Origin: Candidatus Fervidifonticultor sextus
GTDB taxonomy: Bacteria > Sysuimicrobiota > Sysuimicrobiia > Sysuimicrobiales > Humicultoraceae
DNA: 63,703 nucleotides
NCBI GenBank assembly: GCA_031459875.1
Contig: JAVKHQ010000013.1
Coordinates: 1 to 63,703 of the forward strand
Direction of reading: 5' to 3'
The position numbers and the translations under genes are program-made. The notes under the pieces are model-generated. The model had not been told where the DNA came from, did not search any database, and saw only the letters and a program-made list of their open reading frames with translations. Shown here piece by piece: positions 26,150 to 36,490 of this stretch (position 1 is its first letter; every line of letters starts with the position of its first letter).

Positions 26150-26576
26150 CGTCCTCGTCTACGCATATGATCCGACCGACGACGCCAAACGAAGACAGGC
26201 AGCCGCGGTGCTGGCTGGCCTCGGCGACCTTGGCGTCGGCGCCTTAAGCCCGCAGATTCTCAGCGAGTTCTTTGTGGTGGCCACCAGGCGAATCCCCAGG
26301 CCGCTGCCCTTGGCCGAGGCAGAGCGGAGTGTCACGCACTACATCAGATCCTGGAAGATCTGCGAGATGACGGGATGGACGGTCCTCGAAGCGGTGGTCG
26401 GCGTGCAGCGGCATCAGCTAGGCTACTGGGACTCGCTGGTATGGGCGACGGCGAGGCTCAATGAGATTCCGCTTGTTCTGAGTGAGGATTTCGAGGACGG
26501 GCGGATCATAGAAGGCGTCCGATTCGTCAACCCGTTCAGTCCCGGATTCGACCTCGACACTCTTGTGGGCGCCTGA
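26121..26576 (+). CDS. PIN-domain toxin
   Basis: LVDTNVLVYA, QILSEF, YWDSLVWATA, LSEDF, FVNPF. Confidence 0.9.
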   Translation: MRSACLVDTNVLVYAYDPTDDAKRRQAAAVLAGLGDLGVGALSPQILSEFFVVATRRIPRPLPLAEAERSVTHYIRSWKICEMTGWTVLEAVVGVQRHQLGYWDSLVWATARLNEIPLVLSEDFEDGRIIEGVRFVNPFSPGFDLDTLVGA

Positions 26577-26578
26577 CG

Positions 26579-27322
26579 ATGGCAGAAGGGCCGGTCCTCA
26601 TCGTCGCGCTGGACCTGCCGACTCTGGCCACGGCCAGGAAGCTGGTCTGCGGCCTCCGCTCCGTGACCTCCTGGTTCAAGGTCGGCTCGATCCTCTTCAC
26701 CGCGGCCGGCCCCGAGGCCGTGCGGATGGTACACGCAACCGGTGGCCAGGTCTTCCTCGACCTGAAGTTTCACGACATCCCCCAGACGGTCGCCGGCGGG
26801 GTGGCGGCCGCCGCGGACCTGGGCGCGGCCCTGGTCACCGTGCACTGTGCGGGAGGCCGCGCCATGATGGAGGCGGCGGCGGACGCAGCCCGCCGGTCGG
26901 GCGCCCCGCTGCGCGTGCTGGGCGTCACGCGCCTGACCAGTGAGGCCGGGCGCGTGGGGCCCGGCGTCCTGCGCGCCGCGCTGGCGGCGCGCGAGGCCGG
27001 ACTCGACGGCGTGACCGCCTCGGCGCGCGAGTGCGCCCGGATCAAGTCCCTCTGCGGCGGCGAATTCCGGGTCCTCACTCCGGCCATCCGCCCGGCGGGG
27101 ACCGCGCCGCACGATCAGGCGCGCACTGCGACGCCGCGGTTCGCCGTGCGCGCCGGAGCCGACTACCTGGTCGTGGGCCGGCCGATCACCGGGGCACCGG
27201 ATCCCCTGACAGCGGCGCAGGCGGTCGCAGCGGAGATGGCCGCCGCGGCACGGCGGCGCGGCCGGGCCGGGGGCGCGTCTGGAGGCTCCGGGGACGGGGA
27301 GCAGACCACGGAGGCGCGGTGA
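26579..27322 (+). CDS. pyrF: Orotidine-5'-phosphate decarboxylase
   Basis: IVALD, FKVG, FLDLKFHDIPQTV, TPAIRP, DQAR, VVGRPIT. Confidence 0.96.
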   Translation: MAEGPVLIVALDLPTLATARKLVCGLRSVTSWFKVGSILFTAAGPEAVRMVHATGGQVFLDLKFHDIPQTVAGGVAAAADLGAALVTVHCAGGRAMMEAAADAARRSGAPLRVLGVTRLTSEAGRVGPGVLRAALAAREAGLDGVTASARECARIKSLCGGEFRVLTPAIRPAGTAPHDQARTATPRFAVRAGADYLVVGRPITGAPDPLTAAQAVAAEMAAAARRRGRAGGASGGSGDGEQTTEAR

Positions 27323-27918
27323 CCACGGACTGGCTGGCGCGCTTCCGCCGGTACGGTGCCGTGCAGGAAGGGCATTTCCTGCTTTCGTCGGGGCTCCACA
27401 GCGGCGTCTACGTCCAGGCCGCGCTCATCCTGCAGCATCCCGACGAGGCCGAGGCGCTCGGATGCGCCCTGGCCGACCTGGTGCGGCCGCTTCACCCCGA
27501 CCTGGCAATCGGCCCGGCGCTGGGCGCGGTGATCGTCGCCCACGAGGTCGCCCGGGCGCTGCGGGTCCGCGCGCTGTTCGCCGAGCGGGCCGACGGCCGG
27601 CTGGCGCTCCGCCGGGGATTCGCCGTCGCGCCGGGTGAGCGTGCGCTCATCGTCGAGGACGTGATCACCACGGGCGGGAGCACGGCCGAGGTGGCGGCGC
27701 TTGTGCGCGAGGCCGGCGGGGTCGTGGCCGGCGTGGCGGCGCTGGTCGACCGGACCGGCGGTCGGCGGGCCTTCGACGCGCCGCTCCAGGCCCTGCTCAC
27801 CCTCGACCTGCCGGCATTTCCTGCCGGAGCCTGTCCGCTGTGCCGCGCCGGCGTCCCGACCACGAAGCCGGGCAGCCGGCCAGGGGCAGGTGTCGGGAAT
27901 CCGAACAATCCTCCCTGA
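27319..27918 (+). CDS. pyrE: Orotate phosphoribosyltransferase
   Basis: GHFLLSSGLHS, IVEDVITTGGS PRPP loop; GTGA overlap with pyrF. Confidence 0.95.
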   Translation: MTTDWLARFRRYGAVQEGHFLLSSGLHSGVYVQAALILQHPDEAEALGCALADLVRPLHPDLAIGPALGAVIVAHEVARALRVRALFAERADGRLALRRGFAVAPGERALIVEDVITTGGSTAEVAALVREAGGVVAGVAALVDRTGGRRAFDAPLQALLTLDLPAFPAGACPLCRAGVPTTKPGSRPGAGVGNPNNPP

Positions 27919-27937
27919 GGTCCATGGATTATGCGGA

Positions 27938-27966
27938 TTGACGCGTACTCCTTAGAGCCCTATAAT
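27938..27966 (+). promoter_or_regulatory. Near-consensus sigma70 promoter of hpt-guaB-guaA
   Basis: TTGACG-N17-TATAAT. Confidence 0.85.
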
Positions 27967-27996
27967 GGCCCAAACCCCACGAGGAGCCGACCGCCC

Positions 27997-28569
27997 TTGG
28001 GCCTGGTGGATGATGTCGAAGAAGTCCTCATCCCGGAGGCGGCTCTCCAGGACCGCATCCGGGAACTCGGCCGACGCATCACCCTGGAGTACAACGACAA
28101 AGAACCGCTGCTGGTGGGCATCCTGACGGGTGCCTTTGTCTTTCTCGCGGACCTGTTGCGGGCCATCGCAATTCCCTGCCAGATCGACTTCATGGCCACC
28201 CAGTCCTACGGCACCAGCACCACGAGCAGCGGGATCGTGCGGATCCTCAAGGACCTGGACCAGAGCATCGAAGGCCGGCACGTGATCGTCGTGGACGACA
28301 TCATCGACACCGGCCTGACGATGGACTACCTGCTGGAGACGCTGAAGGCCCGCTACCCGGCGTCGCTGCGCGTCTGCGCCCTGCTGGACAAGCGGCCGCG
28401 GCGCATCCGCGAGGTGCCCATCGACTTCCGTGGGTTTGAGATCCCCGACAAGTTCGTGATCGGCTACGGCCTCGACTTCGCCGGCCGGTACCGCAACCTG
28501 CCGTACATCGCCGTGCTGAAACCGGAGCTGTACGGGGAGATGACGACCGAGGGGGTGGACCGCCGATGA
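27997..28569 (+). CDS. hpt: Hypoxanthine phosphoribosyltransferase
   Basis: IVVDDIIDTGLT, FVIGYGLDFAGRYRNLPYI; TTG start after GAGGAG and downstream of the promoter. Confidence 0.95.
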   Translation: MGLVDDVEEVLIPEAALQDRIRELGRRITLEYNDKEPLLVGILTGAFVFLADLLRAIAIPCQIDFMATQSYGTSTTSSGIVRILKDLDQSIEGRHVIVVDDIIDTGLTMDYLLETLKARYPASLRVCALLDKRPRRIREVPIDFRGFEIPDKFVIGYGLDFAGRYRNLPYIAVLKPELYGEMTTEGVDRR

Positions 28570-29780
28570 CGACGCCGATGCCGACGCGCGCGGCCAGCCG
28601 GGCCCCGGACCGCGACGCCGCCACCGAGTGGCTGGGCTGCGGCCGCGCGGTCCGGCGGACCTTCAGCCTGGACGAGATCGCCCTGGCCCCCGCCGCCTCC
28701 ACGCTGGATCCGGAGGACGTGGACTGCTCCTGGGAGGTGGGCGGGCTGGTCTTCCGGCTCCCCTTCGTCGCGTCGGCCATGGACAGCGTCGTGGACGTTC
28801 GGACCGCCGGCATTATCTCGGCGCTGGGCGGGCTGGCCGTCCTGAACCTGGAAGGCCTGCAGACCCGCTACCCCGATCCGGCCGAGCCGCTGGATGCCAT
28901 CGCCTCGGCGCCGGATGACGAGGTGATCGGGCTGCTGCAGCGCCTCTACCGGGCGCCCATCCGGGACGACTTGGTGGCCGCCCGCATCGGCGCCATCAAG
29001 GCCGCCGGCGCCACGTGCTGTGTCGCGATGACCCCGCAGGCGGCCGCGCGCCTGGCGCCGCTGGCCGAGGAGGCAGGTGCCGACCTGCTGCTGGTCCAGT
29101 CCACCGTCGTCACCGAGGAGCACCGCTCCGCCCGGGGTCGGGCGATCTCGCTGCGCGCGCTGACCGGCCGGCACCGCACTCCGGTCATGGCCGGCAACTG
29201 CGTCGGCTACGACGCGGCGATGGGGCTGCTGGAGGCGGGCGCGGCCGCCGTCTTCGTCGGCGTCGGGCCCGGCGCCGCCTGCACCAGCCGGCGGGTGTTG
29301 GGCATCGGCGTGCCCCAGGCCACCGCCATCTGCGACGTGGCCGCCGCGCGCGACGACCACCTCCGCCGCACCGGCCGCTATGTGCCGGTGGTGGCCGACG
29401 GCGGCATCGCCACCGGCGGGGATGTGGCCAAGGCCATCGCCTGCGGCGCGGATGCAGTGATGCTGGGGTCGGCCCTGGCCCGGGCCGAAGAGGCCCCCGG
29501 CCGGGGATTCCACTGGGGCATGGCCACCCCGCACGCCGCGCTGCCCCGGGGCACGCGCATCCACGTGGGCACCACCGGCACGCTCCGGCAGATCCTGCTG
29601 GGGCCGGCGGCGACCGACGACGGGTCGCACAACCTGGCCGAGGCGCTGCGGAGCGCGATGGGGATGTGCGGCGCCGCCACCATCCGGCAGATGCACGGGG
29701 CGGAGATCGTGCTGGCGCCCACGCTGGCAAGCGAGGGCAAGGCGGCGCAGTTCAGCCAGAAGGTGGGACAGGGCCGCTGA
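28566..29780 (+). CDS. guaB: GuaB3-family IMP dehydrogenase-related protein (no CBS domains)
   Basis: [47 protein letters not shown]. Confidence 0.88.
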   Translation: MTTPMPTRAASRAPDRDAATEWLGCGRAVRRTFSLDEIALAPAASTLDPEDVDCSWEVGGLVFRLPFVASAMDSVVDVRTAGIISALGGLAVLNLEGLQTRYPDPAEPLDAIASAPDDEVIGLLQRLYRAPIRDDLVAARIGAIKAAGATCCVAMTPQAAARLAPLAEEAGADLLLVQSTVVTEEHRSARGRAISLRALTGRHRTPVMAGNCVGYDAAMGLLEAGAAAVFVGVGPGAACTSRRVLGIGVPQATAICDVAAARDDHLRRTGRYVPVVADGGIATGGDVAKAIACGADAVMLGSALARAEEAPGRGFHWGMATPHAALPRGTRIHVGTTGTLRQILLGPAATDDGSHNLAEALRSAMGMCGAATIRQMHGAEIVLAPTLASEGKAAQFSQKVGQGR

Positions 29781-29803
29781 GGACGCTTTCGCAACCGCAC
29801 CGG

Positions 29804-31360
29804 GTGGTGGCGACGCCGGCTGACGCCCCGCCGCGTCCGGTCATTGTCCTGGACTTCGGCGCCCAGTACGCCCAGCTCATCGCCCGGCGTATCCGCGAGT
29901 GCCGGGTCTACAGCCTCATCCTCCCCTTCGATACCCCGGTGGAGCAGATCCTGGCCCACCGGCCGCAGGGTCTGGTCCTCTCCGGCGGGCCGGCCAGCGT
30001 GTACGAGCCGGGCGCGCCGCGCATCGACCCGTCGCTCTTTGCCTCCGGCATCCCGACACTGGGAATCTGCTACGGCATGCAGTTGATGGCCCACCTCCTG
30101 CCCGGCGGGCGGACCGCTGCGGCAGCCCAGCGCGAGTACGGCCGCACCCGCCTGTTCGTCGACGACGGTGCCGACCTCTTCGCGGGGCTGGAGCCGCGCC
30201 TGATCTGCTGGATGAGCCACGGCGACTCGATCGTCGCGCTGCCCGAGGGCTTCACGGCGCTGGCCCACACCGACCGCACCCCCGTCGCCGCCATGGCCGA
30301 CCGGCGACGCCGGCTCTACGGCCTGCAGTTCCACCCCGAGGTCTCCCACACGCCGTGGGGGATCGAGGTGCTGCGCAACTTCCTCTACACCGTCTGTGGC
30401 TGCGCCCCCACCTGGACGATGACCTCGTTCATCGACCGGAGCGTCGGGGCCATCCGGGAGCAGGTGGGCGCCGGGCGCGCGCTGTGCGCGCTCTCAGGCG
30501 GGGTGGACTCCGCCACCGCGGCGGCCCTGGTCCACCGGGCCATCGGGGACCAGTTGACCTGCATCTTCGTGGACCACGGCCTGCTGCGCAAGGACGAGGC
30601 CAGCCAGGTGGTCTCCACGTTCCGCGACACCTTTCAGGTGCCGCTGGTCCACGTGGATGCGGGGGAGCGGTTCCTGGCCCGCCTGGCCGGCGTGACCGAT
30701 CCCGAGCAGAAGCGGCGCGCCATCGGCGAGGAGTTCGTCCGCGTCTTCGAAGAGGAGGCCCAGCGCCTGGGCCAGATCGAATTCCTGGTGCAGGGGACGC
30801 TCTACCCCGACGTCATCGAAAGCGGCACCCGCACCGCCGCCCGCATCAAGACCCACCACAACGTCGGCGGCCTCCCGGAGCGCATGCGGTTGCGCCTGGT
30901 CGAACCGTTCCGCGACCTGTTCAAAGACGAGGTGCGGGAGGTGGCGCGGCAGTTGGGCCTGCCCGACCGGATGATCGCCCGGCATCCCTTCCCGGGGCCC
31001 GGCCTGGCCATCCGCATCCTGGGCGAGGTGACCCGCGAGCGCCTCCAGCTCCTGCGCGCGGCCGACGCCGTTATCCTGGAGGAGATCCGCGAGGCCGGCC
31101 TGGCGCTGGACCTCTGGCAGGCGTTCGCCGTGCTGCTGCCCGTGCACACCGTGGGGGTCATGGGCGACGCGCGGACCTACGGGCAGGTCGTGGTCGTCCG
31201 CGCCGTGACCAGCGACGACGGCATGACCGCGGACTGGGCCCGGCTGCCCGAGGATGTGCTGGAGGCGATCGCCAGCCGCATCACCCGCGAGGTGCCGGGC
31301 GTGACGCGGGTGGTCTACGACATCACCAGCAAGCCGCCGGCCACGATCGAGTGGGAGTAG
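29804..31360 (+). CDS. guaA: GMP synthase (glutamine-hydrolysing)
   Basis: [50 protein letters not shown]; start approximate. Confidence 0.97.
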   Translation: MVATPADAPPRPVIVLDFGAQYAQLIARRIRECRVYSLILPFDTPVEQILAHRPQGLVLSGGPASVYEPGAPRIDPSLFASGIPTLGICYGMQLMAHLLPGGRTAAAAQREYGRTRLFVDDGADLFAGLEPRLICWMSHGDSIVALPEGFTALAHTDRTPVAAMADRRRRLYGLQFHPEVSHTPWGIEVLRNFLYTVCGCAPTWTMTSFIDRSVGAIREQVGAGRALCALSGGVDSATAAALVHRAIGDQLTCIFVDHGLLRKDEASQVVSTFRDTFQVPLVHVDAGERFLARLAGVTDPEQKRRAIGEEFVRVFEEEAQRLGQIEFLVQGTLYPDVIESGTRTAARIKTHHNVGGLPERMRLRLVEPFRDLFKDEVREVARQLGLPDRMIARHPFPGPGLAIRILGEVTRERLQLLRAADAVILEEIREAGLALDLWQAFAVLLPVHTVGVMGDARTYGQVVVVRAVTSDDGMTADWARLPEDVLEAIASRITREVPGVTRVVYDITSKPPATIEWE

Positions 31361-31396
31361 CGTCCGGGGGCCTCGCGAGAGCGCATCCGCACGCGT

Positions 31397-31425
31397 TTGC
31401 CATGCCGCCGTCCGGCCGATATAGT
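31397..31425 (+). promoter_or_regulatory. Putative pcrA promoter
   Basis: TTGCCA-N17-TATAGT, 12 nt before the ATG. Confidence 0.7.
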
Positions 31426-31437
31426 GGACGGCGGACC

Positions 31438-33594
31438 ATGGACCTGCTCGAATCGCTCAACCCTCCCCAGCGCGAGGCGGTGGTGCACCCCGGCGGCCCG
31501 CTGCTGGTGCTGGCGGGCGCCGGGTCGGGAAAGACCCGCGTGCTCACCCACCGCATCGCCTACCTCATCCGCGAGCGCGGCGTGGCGCCGCATCGGATCC
31601 TGGCCGTGACGTTCACCAACAAGGCCGCCCACGAGATGCGCGGGCGGATCGAGCGGCTCCTGGGCGGGGCGGTCGCCCGGCCCATCTGGATCGGGACGTT
31701 CCACGCCATCTGCAGCCGCATCCTCCGGCTCGACGGCGAGGCCATCGGCATTCCCCCGACGTTTGCCATCTGCGACGAAGACGAGCAGCGCCGCGTCATC
31801 CGCGACTGCCTGACCGCCCTGGGCCTGGACGAGCGCCGGTTCCCGCCCGGGGTCATGCACGCCATGATCGGCCGGGCCAAGGACGAAGCGGTGGACGTGG
31901 CCCGGTACGCGGCGCGGGCTTCGACCTTCATGGAGGAGGCCGCCGCGCGGGTCTGGCGGGCCTACGAGGCAAAGATGCGCGCGCGCGGCGCGCTGGACTT
32001 CGACGACCTGCTGGTCGAGACGCTCCGGCTCTTCGAGGCGCGTCCCGAGGTCCTGCGCCAGTACCAGGAGCGGTTCCTCCACGTCCTGGTGGACGAGTAC
32101 CAGGACACCAACCACGCCCAGTACCTGCTGGTGCGGGCGTTCTCAGGGCTGCACCGGAACGTGACGGTGGTGGGCGACGACGATCAGTCCATCTACAGGT
32201 GGCGCGGTGCCGATGTCCGCAACATCCTCGAGTTCGAACAGGACTACCCCGACGCCACCGTGATCACGCTCACCCAGAACTACCGCTCCACCAAGACGAT
32301 CCTGGCCGCGGCCTCCGGGGTCATCCAGCACAACCCGCACCGGCACGTCAAGGCACTGTGGACCGGGAACGAGGACGGGGGGCCCGTCCTGATCTACGAG
32401 GCGGCCGACGGCACCGACGAGGCGCGCTTTGTCGTGGAGCAGATCCGCGGGCTCGCAAGCGAGGGGCTGCGGCTGCGCGAGATCGCGGTGCTCTACCGCA
32501 CCAACGCCCAGTCGCGGCTGCTGGAGGACGAGTGCCTGCGGGCTGGGATCCCCTACCAGGTCGTGGGCAGCGTCCGGTTCTACGAGCGCAAGGAGGTCCG
32601 GGACCTGCTGGCCTATCTTCGCCTGCTGGTGGCACCAGGCGATGCGGCCAGTCTGCGCCGGGCGCTGGCGACCCCCCGCCGCGGCATCGGCGAGGCGACC
32701 CTGGCGCGTCTGTCCTCCTACGCGGAGGCATCCGGCTGCACGCTGCTGGAGGCGATGCGCCGTCCCGAGGCCACCGGCGGCCTGCCGCGCAGCACCGTCT
32801 CCGCCCTGGAGGCGTTCGCCGGGCTGATCGCGGCCCTGACCGAGGAGGCCGGGCGCCTGTCCGCCAGCCAGCTCATCGCCCGCGCCATCGCCCTGACCGG
32901 CTACCAGGCCATGCTGGAAGCCGAAGGCACCGAGGAGGCCGCCGAACGACTCGAGAACCTCCGCGAGCTGGCCACCGTCGCGCAGGAAGTGGAAGAGGCC
33001 ACCGGGGAGCCGCACATCGCGGCGTTCCTCCAGCACCTGGCGCTGGTGGCGGACGTGGACACGTATCGGGACGACGTCGACCGCGTGGTGCTCATGACCC
33101 TGCACAGCGCCAAGGGCCTGGAATTCCCGGTGGTCTTCGTGACCGGCCTGGAGGAGGGGCTGTGCCCCCACGCGCGGGCCATGGATGAGGAAGGCGGGCT
33201 GGACGAAGAACGCCGCCTGTGCTATGTGGGGTTCACGCGCGCCAAGACGCGGCTCATCCTCACCCACGCGCGCACCCGCTCGATCTTCGGGAGCCCCACC
33301 CTGGCCGTCCCCTCCCGGTTCCTGGACGAGATTCCCGGGGAGCTGGTCACCGCGCTGGCGGCGCCCAGCCCCTGGGAGGAGCCGGCCGTCGGGGCGCGGG
33401 GGCGCGGCGGGGCGGCCGGCTATCGGCCGGTCCCCTCATTCGAGGTGGGGGCCCGGGTGCGCCACGAGAAGTTCGGGGAGGGCCAGATCCTTGAGGTCGA
33501 GGGCGAGGGCGAAGGCGCAATTGTCACGGTGCGGTTCGCCGGCACGGTGAAACGGCTGGCCCTCCGTTACGCCCCCCTGGAGCGGGCAGACTAG
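31438..33594 (+). CDS. pcrA: PcrA/UvrD SF1 DNA helicase
   Basis: AGAGSGKT, TFTNKAA, DEYQDTN, GDDDQSIY, QNYRST, TLHSAKGLEF, EERRLCYV, C-terminal Tudor domain (VRHEKFGEG). Confidence 0.96.
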   Translation: MDLLESLNPPQREAVVHPGGPLLVLAGAGSGKTRVLTHRIAYLIRERGVAPHRILAVTFTNKAAHEMRGRIERLLGGAVARPIWIGTFHAICSRILRLDGEAIGIPPTFAICDEDEQRRVIRDCLTALGLDERRFPPGVMHAMIGRAKDEAVDVARYAARASTFMEEAAARVWRAYEAKMRARGALDFDDLLVETLRLFEARPEVLRQYQERFLHVLVDEYQDTNHAQYLLVRAFSGLHRNVTVVGDDDQSIYRWRGADVRNILEFEQDYPDATVITLTQNYRSTKTILAAASGVIQHNPHRHVKALWTGNEDGGPVLIYEAADGTDEARFVVEQIRGLASEGLRLREIAVLYRTNAQSRLLEDECLRAGIPYQVVGSVRFYERKEVRDLLAYLRLLVAPGDAASLRRALATPRRGIGEATLARLSSYAEASGCTLLEAMRRPEATGGLPRSTVSALEAFAGLIAALTEEAGRLSASQLIARAIALTGYQAMLEAEGTEEAAERLENLRELATVAQEVEEATGEPHIAAFLQHLALVADVDTYRDDVDRVVLMTLHSAKGLEFPVVFVTGLEEGLCPHARAMDEEGGLDEERRLCYVGFTRAKTRLILTHARTRSIFGSPTLAVPSRFLDEIPGELVTALAAPSPWEEPAVGARGRGGAAGYRPVPSFEVGARVRHEKFGEGQILEVEGEGEGAIVTVRFAGTVKRLALRYAPLERAD

Positions 33595-33606
33595 AACAGC
33601 CCGTCG

Positions 33607-33635
33607 TTGCCCGTGGTTTGATGCTGGGGTATACT
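33607..33635 (+). promoter_or_regulatory. Putative promoter of the first ABC operon
   Basis: TTGCCC-N17-TATACT. Confidence 0.7.
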
Positions 33636-33718
33636 CCGACATGGCAGCGCGCCCATCGGCACCTCGAGGGCCTAGTGACGGATGCCGCGGGTGCGCGACG
33701 GAAGCGGGGAGGGACCGG

Positions 33719-35470
33719 ATGGGACAGCCTGGCGCGCGGCTTGCGGTGATCGGCGTGCTCATCGCGGCGGTGCCGGCTGCCGGCCCGGCGGTCGCCCAGA
33801 TGGGCCGGCCGTCGCTTCCGGACGTCCCCAACCCCAAGGTCGTGGAGGCCAGCGATGTGGGCCGGTTCGGCGGCACCTTCGTGGTGTCGTCGATCTCCGA
33901 CCCCCGCACCTTCAACCTCCTCGTGGCTCAGGAGACCTCGTCCACCGCGCCGCTGGGGTACCTGTTCGAGAGCCTGGCCGAGACCAACCGCGTCACCCTG
34001 GAAGTCGAGCCCAACCTGGCCGAGTCCTGGACGGTCAGCCGGGACGGGCGGACCTGGGTGTTCAGGCTGCGCCGCGGCGTCCAGTGGTTCGATGGGAGGC
34101 CGGTGACCGCCGACGACGTGGTGTTCACCCTGAATGCCGCGTTCACGCCGGGGGTCCAGTCCAGCCTCCCCGACGTGCTGACCATCGCCGGGAAGAAGAT
34201 CGGCTACCGGAAGGTCGACGACTACACCGTCGAGTTCAGGACGGACCAGCCCTTCGGGCCCTTCCTGCGCACCGTCGGCGGGATCGCGCCGCTCCCCAAG
34301 CACCGGCTCGAGGCCGCCCTCCGGCAGGGCGCCACGGAGTTCAACCGCGCCTGGGGGATCAACACCCCGCCCCGGGACCTGATCGGCAACGGGCCGTTTG
34401 TGATGCATTCGTATGCCCCGGGCCAGCGCATCACCTTCGTGCGCAACGCCAGGTACTGGAAGGTGGACCGGCAGGGGCAGCGGCTGCCTTACCTGGCCCG
34501 CATCGTCATCGAGATCGTGCCCAATGTGGACGCCTCGCGCCTGAAGTTCCTCGCCAGAGAAACCGACTCGTACGCCGCCCGCCCGCGGGAGTACGCAGAA
34601 CTGCGGGGGATGCAGCAGGCGGGCAACTTCACAATCTTCGATGGCCCCCCGACCTTCGGCGGCGATTTCCTCATGTTCAACCAGAACCCGGCGGGGGTGC
34701 GGCCGCCCAAGCTCGCGTGGTTCCAGAACGTGAAGTTCCGGCAGGCCGCAAGCCACGCCGTGGACCGCGACACGATCGTCCGGCAGGTCTACGCGGGCCG
34801 CGCGACGCCCCGCTACGGCCCGGAGAGCCCGGCCAACAAGTTCTTCTACAACCCCAACGTCCGCCAGTACCCCTACGATCTGGCCCGGGCTGAGGCGCTG
34901 CTGCGGGAAGCGGGGTTCGCCCGGGGGGCCGACGGGCTGCTGCGCGACGCCCAGGGGAACGTGGTGGAGTTCACCATCGCCACCAATGCGGGCAACGCCG
35001 ACCGGGAGGCCATCGGCAATCTGATCCGGCAGGACCTGGGCAGGCTCGGCATGCGCGTGACCTTTGCGCCCGAGGCGTTCAACACGCTGGTGGGCAAGCT
35101 GGTCGGCACCTTCAACTGGGAGGCGATGATCCTGGGCTTCACCGGCACCATCGACCCCCACAACGGACAGAACGTCTGGAAGTCCAGCGGGTCGCTGCAC
35201 GCCTGGTGGCCCAAGCAGGAGCGGCCGGCCACCGACTGGGAGGCCGAGATCGACCGCATCTTCGATCAGGCCGCGACCACCGTGGACCAGCAGAAGCGCA
35301 GGCAGCTCTACAACCGGTTCCAGGAGATCGTCGCCGAGTACGTGCCGCTCATCTACTTCGCAACGCCGCTCACCCAGCCGGCGTTTCGGAACACCCTGGC
35401 CAACTTCAGCCCGGCGCCCGGGGCCTTCTACGACATCGAGACGATCTACTACCGGACGCCCTACCGCTAG
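33719..35470 (+). CDS. Family-5 (peptide/nickel) ABC substrate-binding protein 1
   Basis: DPRTFN, PNLAESW, LRRGVQWFDG.PVTADDVVFT, GNGPF; alternative in-frame start at 33641. Confidence 0.9.
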   Translation: MGQPGARLAVIGVLIAAVPAAGPAVAQMGRPSLPDVPNPKVVEASDVGRFGGTFVVSSISDPRTFNLLVAQETSSTAPLGYLFESLAETNRVTLEVEPNLAESWTVSRDGRTWVFRLRRGVQWFDGRPVTADDVVFTLNAAFTPGVQSSLPDVLTIAGKKIGYRKVDDYTVEFRTDQPFGPFLRTVGGIAPLPKHRLEAALRQGATEFNRAWGINTPPRDLIGNGPFVMHSYAPGQRITFVRNARYWKVDRQGQRLPYLARIVIEIVPNVDASRLKFLARETDSYAARPREYAELRGMQQAGNFTIFDGPPTFGGDFLMFNQNPAGVRPPKLAWFQNVKFRQAASHAVDRDTIVRQVYAGRATPRYGPESPANKFFYNPNVRQYPYDLARAEALLREAGFARGADGLLRDAQGNVVEFTIATNAGNADREAIGNLIRQDLGRLGMRVTFAPEAFNTLVGKLVGTFNWEAMILGFTGTIDPHNGQNVWKSSGSLHAWWPKQERPATDWEAEIDRIFDQAATTVDQQKRRQLYNRFQEIVAEYVPLIYFATPLTQPAFRNTLANFSPAPGAFYDIETIYYRTPYR

Positions 35471-35512
35471 CGCGGCGGGGGAGAGAGGGAGCGGCGCTCC
35501 GGCGCGTCCCTG

Positions 35513-36478
35513 ATGCTGCAGTACATCGTCCGGCGCCTCCTCCACTTGATCCCCATGCTGCTGGGGATCACGGTGATCTCGTTTGTCATCATCCAGCTCT
35601 CCCCGGGCGACTTCCTGGCCGAGATGCGGCTCAACCCCATCGTCAGCCAGCAGACAGTGGACCAGATGCGCCGCAACTTCGGGCTGGACCAGCCGCTCTA
35701 CGTCCAGTACCTGAAGTGGCTCTGGAACGCGGTGCGGCTGGAGTTCGGCTACTCCTTTGCCTTCCAGGTCCCGGTGACCTGGCTCATCGGCTCGCGGCTG
35801 CTGAACTCGGTCCTGCTGAACGTAGCGCTGTTCGCCGCCGCGTGGGCGGTGGCGATCCCGCTGGGGATCTTCGGCGCCCGCCGGCAGTATTCGCTGGCGG
35901 ACAACACCCTCTCGTTCGTCGCCTACGTCGGCATCTCCACCCCGGTGTTCTTCTCCGGGCTGTTCCTCCTCTACATCGCGTTTCGGACTGGCTGGTTCCC
36001 GATCGGTGGGATGACGAGCATCGACTACGAGTTCCTGCCCCCGACCGGGAAGGTGCTCGACGTGGCCCACCACATGGTCCTGCCGGTCATCGCCTACGGG
36101 GTGTTCGGCGGCGCGGGGCTCATGCGGCAGATGCGCGCGAGCCTGCTGGAGGTCCTGCGCCAGGACTACGTCCGGACCGCCCGGGCCAAGGGGCTGGCCG
36201 AGCGCGTCGTGATCAACAAACACGCGGTGCGCAACGCCATCAACCCCCTCATCACCATCTTCGGCTACAGCCTGGGCGGCCTGCTGGGCGGGTCGGCGAT
36301 CCTGGAGATCGTCATGGGCTGGCCGGGCATCGGCAAGCTGCTCCTGGAAGCCACCGTGCAGAAGGACCTCTATGTGGTCATGGCGGCGCTAGTGATCGGC
36401 TCCGTCACGCTGGTGGTCGGGAACCTGATCGCCGACATCCTGCTGGCGCTGAGCGATCCCCGCATCCGCTACGACTGA
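35513..36478 (+). CDS. OppB/DppB-type permease
   Basis: GLDQPLYVQY, DYVRTARAKGL, HAVRNA, DPRIRY. Confidence 0.93.
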   Translation: MLQYIVRRLLHLIPMLLGITVISFVIIQLSPGDFLAEMRLNPIVSQQTVDQMRRNFGLDQPLYVQYLKWLWNAVRLEFGYSFAFQVPVTWLIGSRLLNSVLLNVALFAAAWAVAIPLGIFGARRQYSLADNTLSFVAYVGISTPVFFSGLFLLYIAFRTGWFPIGGMTSIDYEFLPPTGKVLDVAHHMVLPVIAYGVFGGAGLMRQMRASLLEVLRQDYVRTARAKGLAERVVINKHAVRNAINPLITIFGYSLGGLLGGSAILEIVMGWPGIGKLLLEATVQKDLYVVMAALVIGSVTLVVGNLIADILLALSDPRIRYD

Positions 36479-36490
36479 GGCAGCATCGGC

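Noticed and set aside
27931..27996. ORF-track start of hpt at 27931
   Set aside because: It lies upstream of a consensus TTGACG-N17-TATAAT promoter; TTG 27997 has an RBS
29015..33594. Apparent long N-terminal extensions or fusions of guaA (781 aa), pcrA (1231 aa), dnaE, lpxA, lpxI and oppD
   Set aside because: The extensions are alternative-frame read-through of upstream genes; family N-termini, RBSs and promoters mark later starts
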